This document shows, piece by piece, positions 8,861 to 18,799 of a stretch of 60,047 nt of DNA. A program made the position numbers and the translations under genes. Under the pieces are notes generated by a model. It saw nothing but the letters and a program-made list of their open reading frames with translations, was not told the DNA's origin and did no database searches. Source of the stretch: a virus. Lineage: Duplodnaviria; Caudoviricetes. Where the stretch lies: positions 1 through 60,047 of IMG/VR virus record IMGVR_UViG_3300000101_000017; one strand, written 5' to 3'. Position 1 is the stretch's first letter. Each line of letters opens with the position of its first letter.

Positions 8861-9609
8861 TAATAGTTTCTCAAACAGCTCATTAACTTCATTACGTTTT
8901 CCCAAGTCTTAGGCACGTTTAAAATTAGGTGTAAACTATTATCTTCCCAACTATGTGTTCTATGTACTTTTCTTGTATCAACAAAATATGTTTTATTTGC
9001 AGTAATTGTTTGCCTAACATCATTTAACCACCATTCATAACTGTCCATTCCAGACTGTGATCCTAAGAATGTAATTACTCTAAAACAATCTCTTGTTAAA
9101 TGCGGGCTATCACGATGAGGAGGAAACCAGCCACCTTGATTACTTCTAATAATCATTGTGCGTCCAAGTGTACCCCAATAATTTAAAAGAGGTTGAATAC
9201 TAGTTAATTCGTTGTAGGCTTGCGTAGGATATTTGAAATCCTTTTCATATAGCATACGCCCTGCACGTTTAATTGCTTCTGGTCTGCTTAAACTATCGCT
9301 CGGTTTGTCGCCTTCTAATCCAACTAACAACAATCCCTCTCTGTCATTACTTACACCTTCTCGTCTAAGATATGGAACAAAGTTTTGTTGTTCAATTTGT
9401 TGGTGGAAAAGATTGTGATCATAGTAAATTTCTAGTTGTTCAAAATCTCCTAGTGCTTGTAGTTGTAGTTCGCACTTGATATCTTCTGCTGTAGGTTCTA
9501 AACTTGCAGGATCATTTTCCCAATAACTATAATAGTCTGATTGCGAACGATTAGCTTTTGGTGTTAAGTTTAAAGGTTTTCCGTCTTTATCTGTTTTCTT
9601 TAAATCCAT
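8860..9609 (-). CDS. Asp/Asn beta-hydroxylase-like Fe(II)/2OG oxygenase
   Basis: 'GRTMIIRSNQGGWFPPHRD', 'YFVDTRKVHRTHSWEDNSLHLILNV'. Confidence 0.72.
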   Translation of the reverse strand: MDLKKTDKDGKPLNLTPKANRSQSDYYSYWENDPASLEPTAEDIKCELQLQALGDFEQLEIYYDHNLFHQQIEQQNFVPYLRREGVSNDREGLLLVGLEGDKPSDSLSRPEAIKRAGRMLYEKDFKYPTQAYNELTSIQPLLNYWGTLGRTMIIRSNQGGWFPPHRDSPHLTRDCFRVITFLGSQSGMDSYEWWLNDVRQTITANKTYFVDTRKVHRTHSWEDNSLHLILNVPKTWENVMKLMSCLRNY

Positions 9610-10310
9610 TTAACAATCTCCTTGTATTCTGGCTTAGGATAAGCAAGATCTACCTTAGTAGGCTCGAAAGGTATCGGCTTTATTTTGTTTACTCTTGGAT
9701 CTAAATAATCATGTCGAATGTTTGGATCTTTTCCATATCCTATTCCCATTATAAATCTAAAGTCTAATGCTTTTTCATCCTCAGCTAGTTTAAATATTTG
9801 TGTCATCATTGCATAATTATTGCATACATTCTGACACATGCCACTTTGTATTCCGCGATTGGCTAGTGCCAACATAATATATGCAGAGAACAACCCTATT
9901 TCAATATTTTCTGTTTGTGCTTGATGACCACTAGGATCGTTAGTTCGTAAATTACCTTTGCCAAATCCATCTACTTTTCCTCTTTCACTATTTTTTTCAT
10001 AGCGTACTTCTGTATCTGCACACCATCTAGCATTAAATCCTAATAACCAAGGTGCAAGGACTTGAGGATTACCTGGATCATCTTCAGCTTGTAAATCTGC
10101 ATTCCTATGACATATAGTAAATATTTCTTTGCGTATTTCAGGATTATTATTTCTTAACATTCTTACTTGATAAGGAAACTGTTGATTCTTACTAGGAATG
10201 TTTGTAAGCACTTCTTTAATTGCTTCTTCAATTGTATCCTTGGTAGGAACAAGTTCTTCATCCCAAGCAAACGTAGTATGCCTAGCTTCTATTAAATTTA
10301 ACCATTCCAC
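9600..10310 (-). CDS. Nitroreductase-family flavoprotein
   Basis: 'IEARHTTFAW', 'IPSKNQQFPY', 'EIGLFSAYIMLALANRGIQSGMC', 'IMGIGY'. Confidence 0.78.
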   Translation of the reverse strand: MEWLNLIEARHTTFAWDEELVPTKDTIEEAIKEVLTNIPSKNQQFPYQVRMLRNNNPEIRKEIFTICHRNADLQAEDDPGNPQVLAPWLLGFNARWCADTEVRYEKNSERGKVDGFGKGNLRTNDPSGHQAQTENIEIGLFSAYIMLALANRGIQSGMCQNVCNNYAMMTQIFKLAEDEKALDFRFIMGIGYGKDPNIRHDYLDPRVNKIKPIPFEPTKVDLAYPKPEYKEIVKWI

Positions 10311-11422
10311 TATATCTTCCTTTTTGGTATCTTGCTATCAGCAGAACTTACACAACTTTTTGTAATACATGTCTTAGGTGTCTTAAACAGTTCAAACCCT
10401 GTTTCTATGTTACCAAGGGGTGCATCATGGCAAGAATAACTTCTTTTTATGCTACCGTCTGGCTCGCGTATTATAAGTCCGCTGTAACCGGCATTGCACC
10501 GCCATCCTTCAAAATTGTTAAAATTAAAGGCATTAAAGCGTTCTGCTTGATCCATATAGTACTTATCGCCCTTTGAATCTTCTAATTCAACTTGCATATG
10601 CCACGGAATACTTGTATCTAGTTTTCCATTTACTCCTGTAGGTATTTGGAATGAAGGCTTGGGCCTTTCTGCCCACTTACGTTTGCTTTCTGTATATGCT
10701 CGTTGTGGCATTCCGTTGTAGAGCTTTTTAAGGTCTTCTTCTTTGTAGCCTTCAACCACCCGGCTCGCAGTAGGATCGGATTGCGGTTTAAGGGTAACGT
10801 TGATTCCTTGTTCGTGAAAGAAGAGAGCATTTTCCCAATCCCTTTCAAACCAGTCTGGTACCATAACTTGATTAATTGTAACTTGTACATCGTGCTCCTG
10901 ACAGAAGATCAACTTGTCTGCAAAGTCTTGCATCTTCTCTTTGTTGTTTACGTGTTCTGTATGCAGACTTGCTGTAATACTTGCTCTATGAAATGGCTTT
11001 GCATACTCTACATAAGTTTCAAACCACTTCATTGGTCGACTACAATTAGACGTCATGTGTACACTTGTATAATTTGTATTCTCTACATCATCTGCTAAGT
11101 GCTTTAGTATATCTAAGTATCCAGGATGAAAAGTAGGCTCTCCTCCCGACAAGGAAAAGTGGAAACTGTTAAAACCGTTATCACGTGCCTGCCTCTTTAT
11201 CTCATCGATTGTAAGAAGACATAGCTCTGTTGGCCGGTGATCTTTACGATCTGATCTAGCGTATGGCCAACAATAACTACAACGATAGTTGCAAAAGCGA
11301 CCAAGGAGCCAACTAACAGTAAAAATATCTCTGTATAAGAGTGTTCTTTGACCCACCGAAACAATGTCGTCAAACGGGATCTTAGTAAAGTCATAATTGC
11401 TCCATTTTAAGTCTTCATTCAT
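10310..11422 (-). CDS. Radical SAM protein with C-terminal twitch-like Cys cluster (subfamily A)
   Basis: CNYRCSYC, 'FSLSGGEPT', 'TSNCS', C-terminal CNAG..SC..C..C. Confidence 0.92.
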   Translation of the reverse strand: MNEDLKWSNYDFTKIPFDDIVSVGQRTLLYRDIFTVSWLLGRFCNYRCSYCWPYARSDRKDHRPTELCLLTIDEIKRQARDNGFNSFHFSLSGGEPTFHPGYLDILKHLADDVENTNYTSVHMTSNCSRPMKWFETYVEYAKPFHRASITASLHTEHVNNKEKMQDFADKLIFCQEHDVQVTINQVMVPDWFERDWENALFFHEQGINVTLKPQSDPTASRVVEGYKEEDLKKLYNGMPQRAYTESKRKWAERPKPSFQIPTGVNGKLDTSIPWHMQVELEDSKGDKYYMDQAERFNAFNFNNFEGWRCNAGYSGLIIREPDGSIKRSYSCHDAPLGNIETGFELFKTPKTCITKSCVSSADSKIPKRKI

Positions 11423-11427
11423 AATTT

Positions 11428-11456
11428 AGTATAGCACCTTTTGTCTTATATGTCAA
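11428..11456 (-). promoter_or_regulatory. Sigma70-type promoter, probably giving a leaderless mRNA
   Basis: Minus strand TTGACA-17 nt-TATACT with extended -10 TGn; the ATG at 11422 is 5 nt after the -10 box, with no RBS. Confidence 0.8.
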
Positions 11457-12112
11457 GTATATCTATTAAATCCCCAGTGTCTTTCCATACACCACCAACA
11501 TTTACCACAATGCTTGTCAATATTGTATTCTAATGTGTTTTCAAACGCTTCACAACTACGTGTTAACGGAAATAGAGTATCTATAACTCCTAGTGTTTCG
11601 TACAATTCTGCAACACCTTTTTTGTCAATGTTAGAAAGATGTCTCCAAGAATTATTTACACGTACAGGAAAATTTTTTCCGTTCCTATCATCAGCAGGCC
11701 CATTGTGCAAATGCTGATCTGTAATTTCTTTAGGAGGGTTAGCTGTTATACCTGAATAGTTTCTATCAATGTTTTCATTAACACATGCTTCTTTCCAGAG
11801 ACGTTCTTGTGCAGTAATATAATCTGATGATCCATTACATATGTTTACATAATGCTTACCAAAAACATTACCAAATTTATTTGTAAGCCAATTTATAATA
11901 CGTTTAGAATACATTTCTTGAAATGGCTTCTCACTATGAATAGTTGTTATAGGTATTATTTTTATATCAGGACGTTCTTTTGTAATATATTCACATAACA
12001 TATATGCTATAATAGCACTATCTGCTCCGCCAGATATTTTTAAAGATACAGTTTTGACATCTATATCTTCCTCTAATATTATATTTTGTTGGCTGTTAGC
12101 GAAGATCATCAA
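11453..12112 (-). CDS. QueC-like PP-loop ATP pyrophosphatase
   Basis: 'SLKISGGADSA', 'DKKGVAELY', 'TRSCE...HCGKCWWCMER' Zn-site. Confidence 0.8.
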   Translation of the reverse strand: MMIFANSQQNIILEEDIDVKTVSLKISGGADSAIIAYMLCEYITKERPDIKIIPITTIHSEKPFQEMYSKRIINWLTNKFGNVFGKHYVNICNGSSDYITAQERLWKEACVNENIDRNYSGITANPPKEITDQHLHNGPADDRNGKNFPVRVNNSWRHLSNIDKKGVAELYETLGVIDTLFPLTRSCEAFENTLEYNIDKHCGKCWWCMERHWGFNRYT

Positions 12113-12891
12113 TCAATATCCGTAATTTCCGTTTTTAAATAGTATTTCCAATGATGATATGGTTCGCACCAGTCATCTTCTGTTAGAGTAAATTCACCAG
12201 TGTTTGTCCAACCTAATATCTTGTCATACATCATTTGATTATTTTCTATTGAGAGATGACATACTCTAGTGTCATAGTGTCCTAGTCTTTTATTTAATTT
12301 CTTTTTTGAGATTTTTTGATTTTTAACCCAAAAGTCTTCTTCCATAAATTGTAAGTCAGCAAGGGCTATTTCATTATTAAAAAGATCAGGCCTAGTATAT
12401 TTACACGAGTCGTGTTTTTTGATATATGGTCCAAAACAAGTTAAAATAAGCATATCTGGTTTTTTACGTTTAGCATCTTCTATCATTAAACTTGCTGTTG
12501 TATATTCTTTCTTTTGATCTAATACATAATAATAAGAATCTAAACATTCATAAACTAGCATATTCGAAGGTGGTATCTTTTCACCTTTTTGCATAAGCTG
12601 GTTTATGAATTGTTTATCACAGTACATTGGACTAAAATGTGATAGTGTAGGTATATCTGTTTTTGTGTTAGGTATGTATCCTCTCATTGGATCTGATACT
12701 GCCCAAATAATTAAATCGTAATCTTTTTCGTAGTGTTCTAGAAATTTTTGGTAACTCCAATATACTCCAGAACCACTAACACCTAAATTAGTAACAAGAA
12801 AATGTTCTTTAAGTTTGTCAACCCAGGAGTGTTCTTTATTAGGTCCGTAAGCTACTACAAAACTATCGCCTATTATTAGCAACTTCTTCAT
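12109..12891 (-). CDS. SGNH/GDSL hydrolase-like protein
   Basis: 'LIIGDSF', 'NLGVSGSG', C-terminal 'CHLSIENNQ'. Confidence 0.7.
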   Translation of the reverse strand: MKKLLIIGDSFVVAYGPNKEHSWVDKLKEHFLVTNLGVSGSGVYWSYQKFLEHYEKDYDLIIWAVSDPMRGYIPNTKTDIPTLSHFSPMYCDKQFINQLMQKGEKIPPSNMLVYECLDSYYYVLDQKKEYTTASLMIEDAKRKKPDMLILTCFGPYIKKHDSCKYTRPDLFNNEIALADLQFMEEDFWVKNQKISKKKLNKRLGHYDTRVCHLSIENNQMMYDKILGWTNTGEFTLTEDDWCEPYHHWKYYLKTEITDID

Positions 12892-14060
12892 TATAATTCC
12901 TTTAAAATAGATACGTCTATATGATTTTTTACTACATCAAGATAATTTTCTTTGTACTTACTTTTTGGGGCGCATAGGCCACAACCGCATGTATGTCTAG
13001 GACAAGTAATAGTGGGCATTGTTTTTGCCTTTAATTGTTTTCTTAAATTTTTTATAATTTTCTTACCTTCGCTTATTTTTCCAATTGGTCCTCTAGTACC
13101 GTCAAAACGTGCTTGACATGTTTGATGATGAAATACACTATCTGTTTGTTGTTCTAAATGTAAGAAAAACCAATTTACACTACATTGCCAGCCTTTAAAT
13201 TCACGCAAGTCGACAAACGTAGCATTGCGACTAACTCCTTTGTTAGACAAACACATCTCTCTACTACCACAACAAGGACGCCCAACAGTCATGCCTAATT
13301 TTTTCTTTTCAGTAGTTTTTTCTCCGGCGGCACTTAACACTTTTGCTGCTTCTACATCATCATTAAGTTTTGCGTTTTTATTCTTCCAAAAGTTTTTCAT
13401 GTAGTCTAATTGTTCATCGTTGTACTTGTGAGCGAAAGTAGGTTTACTGTCTCGTTCTTCACCAATAATTCTAGGAACATATTTTATTTTATGTTCATCT
13501 AAAAATTCACATAACGATTTACATTCGTCAAACAATTCTGCATGGAACATAACATTGACACTCAATGTTAATCCGTAGTCTGGTCCTTGAGTATGGAATT
13601 GTAATAACCTATCTCTAACTTGTTTTTTAAGTTTTTCGTTACTTTCAGCATGATAACTTACTGTTATATGCCTCATATTTTCCATAACCTTTGTTGCCAT
13701 TTTTTCACCCATGGCTCCGTTACTTGTAAGAGCAAAATTAGCCTTCCAGCTATTAGAATATTTTGCTTCGTATTCTTTTTTAAGGTATTGTATAAAAGGA
13801 ATGAAATTAGGATTAACTGTAGGCTCACCTCCAGTAAAACTTATACTTGCAAATTTAAAATCTCTGTACTTCATATGCAGATCTATATACTCGTATAGAA
13901 AATCAGTGTTTGCTTTTAGTTCATCTAATGTAGCATGTTTACTAAAATTATCATGTCGTGTTACAGGACAATAACTACAGTCATAGTTACACCTGCGCCC
14001 TGTGTCCCAAGTCACTTGAAATACATTACCTGTTAAAAGATCAATAGTATCAAAACTCAA
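12891..14060 (-). CDS. Radical SAM protein with C-terminal Cys cluster (subfamily A)
   Basis: CNYDCSYC, 'ISFTGGEPT', 'LTSNG', 'GRPCCG', 'WQC', 'CPRHTCGCGLC'. Confidence 0.92.
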   Translation of the reverse strand: MSFDTIDLLTGNVFQVTWDTGRRCNYDCSYCPVTRHDNFSKHATLDELKANTDFLYEYIDLHMKYRDFKFASISFTGGEPTVNPNFIPFIQYLKKEYEAKYSNSWKANFALTSNGAMGEKMATKVMENMRHITVSYHAESNEKLKKQVRDRLLQFHTQGPDYGLTLSVNVMFHAELFDECKSLCEFLDEHKIKYVPRIIGEERDSKPTFAHKYNDEQLDYMKNFWKNKNAKLNDDVEAAKVLSAAGEKTTEKKKLGMTVGRPCCGSREMCLSNKGVSRNATFVDLREFKGWQCSVNWFFLHLEQQTDSVFHHQTCQARFDGTRGPIGKISEGKKIIKNLRKQLKAKTMPTITCPRHTCGCGLCAPKSKYKENYLDVVKNHIDVSILKEL

Positions 14061-15012
14061 GTTTATTCTCCTTCATAGCCCATTGTCTTTCTACACACCA
14101 AAAGCATTGACCACACTCTGGTATGTGACTACCTTGATTATGTTTGTACCAATATAGATCTAGTCCAGACAATTTATCAACTCCGTTACCATCACCTTCG
14201 CAGCTACGTGTAGTTTTAAATAGGTCTAACTTATCATGGTCCATATATTGTTTCACTACCCAATCTTTTTCTATCATTTTTAGCGGCATGATTCTCCAAA
14301 AATCTGCCTTGTTCTTTGCTAAATCATCCATGCGAACTTTTTTAAGATTAATATCTCTGTTTCTCATCCTATCTTTTGTAGGAACATCCATGCTAGGATT
14401 TTTTGTAGTAGCATTATAGATTGCATCATAATCATTTTCATATTGAATATATGTGTTAAAACTATCAACAGTAATTTGGTCAGCACTACGTTTGCCAACA
14501 ATATTTCCAATAGCACCGTGTTCTAATTCAGGAGGAATAAAGTTACTGTAGCGTTCGCCAATTATTGTTGGATATAATTGTTTTAACTTTTGATATACTT
14601 TTTTACTTACTGGTCCTGCCCAGGGCCTTGCATTATAAACTCTTGTATGTGTAATAATATCTATTTTACAATTATAATTATTTTTTAAAATAATATCTGA
14701 TAAAAGGAAAGTAAGGCATGCACTATCTGCGCCGCCACTTAAATTTATAGCTACCTTTGTCCAATTAGGATTGAAAGGAAGATATACACCGTCAATAAGA
14801 TGAGCTTGTATTCCTTTTAAATTTAACGCTTCCTCTTTTTTGATAATTCTTTGCCTTTGTGTTTTTTTAGATTCTGAGCGTATGTGCTGTAGGTCATCTG
14901 ATCTGCGTATTTGTTTTATTCTACTATTACAGTCATTATCTATTTCTTTTAACACAGTATCAACATCAAAGTCAATGTTATACTTACAGTCTTTATAATA
15001 ATTAATTGACAT
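14050..15012 (-). CDS. QueC-like PP-loop ATP pyrophosphatase
   Basis: 'AINLSGGADSA', 'TRSCEGD', 'ECGQCFWCVER'. Confidence 0.8.
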   Translation of the reverse strand: MSINYYKDCKYNIDFDVDTVLKEIDNDCNSRIKQIRRSDDLQHIRSESKKTQRQRIIKKEEALNLKGIQAHLIDGVYLPFNPNWTKVAINLSGGADSACLTFLLSDIILKNNYNCKIDIITHTRVYNARPWAGPVSKKVYQKLKQLYPTIIGERYSNFIPPELEHGAIGNIVGKRSADQITVDSFNTYIQYENDYDAIYNATTKNPSMDVPTKDRMRNRDINLKKVRMDDLAKNKADFWRIMPLKMIEKDWVVKQYMDHDKLDLFKTTRSCEGDGNGVDKLSGLDLYWYKHNQGSHIPECGQCFWCVERQWAMKENKLEF

Positions 15013-16342
15013 TTTCTATTTCCCTTATAGCTCTATATACCTGGTTATTGTTATCTATTTTATAATTGTTTATTGAAGAATTAAAATCTTTCTTCCAAAG
15101 TGCATCAATTTTTCTGCGATATACTAAAAATGCTTCCCAGTGTTTATAATCTGGTTTGTGTGATAAAACGTATTGTTCTATTCTATCAATACTACGTAGA
15201 CTAGATTCAATATCTTTCCAATACTGTTTTCCTTTTAGATATCCACGTCTATTTGCATAGTCACTTCTATTTTTTTCGCGGTGTTTTTTCTCTGTCTCGA
15301 CAATTTGTCTTGCTTTTTGTAAATCACCTAAAACTTCATCTGAAAAATGAAACATCATAATAGCTGGATTTAAGTATGGCGGTGTATAAACAATTGAAGA
15401 GTCAATATCTTCTACATCTAATTCTAAGAAACTTTGAAATATATCTGGTAAATCCATAATTTGATATATGCTAGTTGTAAGTACAACTTCTAATCTTGTG
15501 AAGTTGTTTATTTCATTAAACTTACGTACATTCTCTTTTAAGACATCCCAGTCACCGTCCCTAAAATAAGCATATAAATTTTTACCTGCATCTAAACTCA
15601 TCTTAACACTAGACTTGCCAAATGGTTCTAATAGTTCACTTAGTCTTACAGGATCAAAACGTGCATTAAAGTTTGTATGGAATGTCAAACTTATATTTTC
15701 TATATTTGGATGTTTTGCTAGTCTTTCTAAACAAGGAAAAAATTGTTTCTGATGCAAAACTTCTCCACCTGCAAAGTCTATCTTTTCAATATTAGGAAAA
15801 TTATTATTTAGATCATCGACTATTCTTTCCATTTCACTCATTGGTAAATCTATACTAAGATCGTCATCACTTGTTGATCTATGCATAGCACCTGTAAGTT
15901 GATCTAACTTGAGTGTATGGTCTTCAAGTGTAGGTTCATATCTTTTTAATTTACTTACCCAGCCACTAGAATAAACCTGACTACAATGCAAACACGCCAT
16001 ATTACAACTATTACTAAAACGTAACTCTACATGATGCAATCCTTTAAAATCAACAGCACCTGTTTCTTCATTATAAAATGTTTCGTCTGCTGGATAGTCA
16101 TGGCGCATACTCTCAATACTGTCTGCCTCTTCTGCTTCGGCACATAGATGGCAACCTTTGCACCACTTGCCTGACATAAGTTCTTTTCTGTGTGTTCTAA
16201 AGCCTTTGTTATTCCAAAACTCACTAGGTAACTGGTTATCTAATATGTGTAGTTGATCACTTTGTTGTGGACAGCTAGTGGCAAATCCATTCTTAAAATT
16301 CAATCCACCTAATGCATAGTAGCAAGGAATCTTTTTAGACAT
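15002..16342 (-). CDS. Radical SAM protein with N-terminal twitch-like domain (subfamily B)
   Basis: N-terminal C..SCP..CKGCHLC; CNMACLHC + 'SSGW'; 'FAGGEV'. Confidence 0.9.
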   Translation of the reverse strand: MSKKIPCYYALGGLNFKNGFATSCPQQSDQLHILDNQLPSEFWNNKGFRTHRKELMSGKWCKGCHLCAEAEEADSIESMRHDYPADETFYNEETGAVDFKGLHHVELRFSNSCNMACLHCSQVYSSGWVSKLKRYEPTLEDHTLKLDQLTGAMHRSTSDDDLSIDLPMSEMERIVDDLNNNFPNIEKIDFAGGEVLHQKQFFPCLERLAKHPNIENISLTFHTNFNARFDPVRLSELLEPFGKSSVKMSLDAGKNLYAYFRDGDWDVLKENVRKFNEINNFTRLEVVLTTSIYQIMDLPDIFQSFLELDVEDIDSSIVYTPPYLNPAIMMFHFSDEVLGDLQKARQIVETEKKHREKNRSDYANRRGYLKGKQYWKDIESSLRSIDRIEQYVLSHKPDYKHWEAFLVYRRKIDALWKKDFNSSINNYKIDNNNQVYRAIREIENVN

Positions 16343-17753
16343 CTTTAAAAATATCCTTCATGTCAGGAAACACTGCACTGAAACTATTATTACGTTGTCG
16401 ATCACACAACCCTAAAAATTCTTTCATTTCCGGTAGTCGTTGACTCCAGTCTTCGCTTTCCATAAAACTAAGAATACCATCTAATCGTTTAATTCCATAT
16501 TCAGCACTACGCCATGTATCATACTCGACTTTACCTTTGTGCCAACTCGGAATACCTAACTCCCAATTTTCTTCCCACCAGGGATACCATGCTTCGTACT
16601 TTTCTCTTGTTTTTTGTTTAAACCATGTAGGTAAACTTTTAACATTTAAGTGTGCTGGCCAGTATACAAAGTGCTGACTAATTCCGCCAGCTCCAAATGG
16701 CCACATGTTAACTTTATTAAAGTTCTGTTCTAATTTCCATTGAATAAGATCTGGTAAGTAATAAACATTGAGCGCCTGTACTGCACAAGCAATCGTTACT
16801 TCTACATTATCTGTAGTTTCTTTATCTAATCTATGGAACGTGTTTACTTGATTTTCCCACTCACTAGGATAACGAATATAATCATTCATTTCTTTTATAC
16901 TGTCAATACTATAGTGAAAACGTACTAATTTAAAATGACTCCATAATTCAAATAAATCTTCACGCCATTCTACACCATTACTATTGTAACGTAGTTCGAG
17001 ATCTTTTGCATACCCCATTTTAATTGCATGTTCAAGTATTTCATAATGTTCTTCAATAATAAGACTTTCGCCACCAGCAAAATAAATTTGTTGCATACTA
17101 GGCATTTGTTCATAGAACTGATCCCAAAACACAGGATTTTGTTTATGCCAATTATAACTACTGCCGTTAGTACTACCTTTGTCTTTCCACTGCATAATCT
17201 CTTTTAATGATTCATTTTTTACAGCTGGAAATATTTTCTTATAATCCTTTATCCATCCTGATGAATCATGTGGTGAACACATAACACAAGCAAGTTGGCA
17301 CTTAGTTCCAAAACGTAAATCAATATATGCTAGATTAGGCGGTACTTCTCCGTCCTCCTTTGTATCTGCTAATATTTTTTCTAAGTCTACACGCTGACTC
17401 CAGTAATGTGTTTCCCACATACGCTTACTACGATGGCCTGCGGCTTCTTCTTTGTAACACTTTAAACAACTAGGAGGTTTTTCACCTGCAAGCATTTGTT
17501 TACGTACATTCTTCATGTAGTCACTGTTCCATGCTGTTTGAAAATCACTAACATTTAAATTATTAGGACGTCCTTGGCTATCTTTAAGTATACCTACTTG
17601 GCCGCCGTGTTCTTTATCGTTAGTAGGACCTACTGAACTAGCGTTTGCTGTACAACATACTCGCATACTACCGTCTGGTCGTGTACTTAGGTGTACCCAA
17701 GGTAGTAAACAAAAGGTTTCTGATGGATATTTTGTTTTAGTTTTATCTTTCAT
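16335..17753 (-). CDS. Radical SAM protein with N-terminal twitch-like domain (subfamily B)
   Basis: 'FCLLPW', 'RVCC', 'SCLKC'; CQLACVMC + 'SSGW'; 'FAGGES', 'YNSNG', 'YIRYPSEW'. Confidence 0.92.
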   Translation of the reverse strand: MKDKTKTKYPSETFCLLPWVHLSTRPDGSMRVCCTANASSVGPTNDKEHGGQVGILKDSQGRPNNLNVSDFQTAWNSDYMKNVRKQMLAGEKPPSCLKCYKEEAAGHRSKRMWETHYWSQRVDLEKILADTKEDGEVPPNLAYIDLRFGTKCQLACVMCSPHDSSGWIKDYKKIFPAVKNESLKEIMQWKDKGSTNGSSYNWHKQNPVFWDQFYEQMPSMQQIYFAGGESLIIEEHYEILEHAIKMGYAKDLELRYNSNGVEWREDLFELWSHFKLVRFHYSIDSIKEMNDYIRYPSEWENQVNTFHRLDKETTDNVEVTIACAVQALNVYYLPDLIQWKLEQNFNKVNMWPFGAGGISQHFVYWPAHLNVKSLPTWFKQKTREKYEAWYPWWEENWELGIPSWHKGKVEYDTWRSAEYGIKRLDGILSFMESEDWSQRLPEMKEFLGLCDRQRNNSFSAVFPDMKDIFKDV

Positions 17754-17768
17754 TATATACGTACTTAT
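17751..17768 (-). promoter_or_regulatory. 18-nt motif ATAAGTACGTATATAATG (includes start codon), copy 1
   Basis: Identical to 22432-22449; lies directly on the start of a radical SAM gene. Confidence 0.65.
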
Positions 17769-18799
17769 TCCTTATTATGGTGTAATTCATTATTAATGGT
17801 ACTTATTACATTTTCTTTACAGTGTCTAGTGCAAGGTCTCCACGTTTCTTTTAGAATCATAGCATGTAAATCGTTATACCATGGACTATCTAAAATTTCT
17901 TGGAAACTATTTTTACCACTCAATACATTATCTAAAATATTATATTTGTATCCGTGTTTGTCATATAAATTTTGCATTTCTGTTTCAGTGCCTACCCAAC
18001 AGCACGGCAAAACTGTTCCTCTATTTGTAACATACAATCCTGTATCTAAACCAAAATAGTTAGGTCTACTTAGTGCTTTACATTGAATTTCAGTTGCAGG
18101 CTTTTCATTTTCTAATTGGAACTTAGGTGTTGATGCTTGTTTTACTTTTTCTATAGCATCACGCCCTTTGGTGCCTCGCCATTTGATGCCTTCAAATCCT
18201 TCGTCTATACTACGCTGTCTTGCTTCTTGATCTTGATGTTCATTATGACTGAAATATATAAACTGCCATATAGCACGGCCTCCATGTTTAATAAATGTTC
18301 TAAAGTTTTCTTGCAACTTATCCCATTTAACATTTACTCTGTAAATATGGTTGGTATCTTCAAGTCCATCAATACCCCAATTTACTTGTATCCTTTTAGT
18401 ACCTCCAGGTGAAATGTTAGCACTGCTAATCTCAGCAAGCTCTTTCCAAAACTCTTTGTTTCTTGTTCCGCCATTTGTAGAAATGTTTACTTTGAGATAG
18501 TTATTAAATCCTTTGTAACTCATTATCCATTTTACAATTTTTATTAGGTCTGGATTAGTTGTAGGTTCATCATAACTTCCACAAAAGTCTAACAACAATA
18601 AATTCTCCCAGTTATCTTTGTCAAACCAACTCTTAAATTGTTCAAGTGTTATAAAGTTATCATTTATACCTATATGTTTAGGTTGTACTTTACCGTCAAA
18701 TATTAATTCTCTTGCACACTGTGGACAACGTGCATTACAATAATTTGAGATTTCCATTTGTATCTTTTTAACATTTTTTGCTTCTACTGGCCAACCCAT
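17765..18799 (-). CDS. Radical SAM protein with C-terminal twitch/SPASM (subfamily C)
   Basis: CNARCPQC, 'FCGSYDEP', 'STNGG', 'FSHNEHQ', 'LPCCW', 'PCTRHC'. Confidence 0.9.
   Translation of the reverse strand: MGWPVEAKNVKKIQMEISNYCNARCPQCARELIFDGKVQPKHIGINDNFITLEQFKSWFDKDNWENLLLLDFCGSYDEPTTNPDLIKIVKWIMSYKGFNNYLKVNISTNGGTRNKEFWKELAEISSANISPGGTKRIQVNWGIDGLEDTNHIYRVNVKWDKLQENFRTFIKHGGRAIWQFIYFSHNEHQDQEARQRSIDEGFEGIKWRGTKGRDAIEKVKQASTPKFQLENEKPATEIQCKALSRPNYFGLDTGLYVTNRGTVLPCCWVGTETEMQNLYDKHGYKYNILDNVLSGKNSFQEILDSPWYNDLHAMILKETWRPCTRHCKENVISTINNELHHNKE

Noticed and set aside
10310-15012. Canonical queuosine/7-deazaguanine DNA-modification operon (queC + queE)
   Set aside because: No folE, queD or dpdA in the window; the radical SAM proteins are longer than QueE and carry auxiliary Cys clusters. 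It cannot be excluded for the whole genome.
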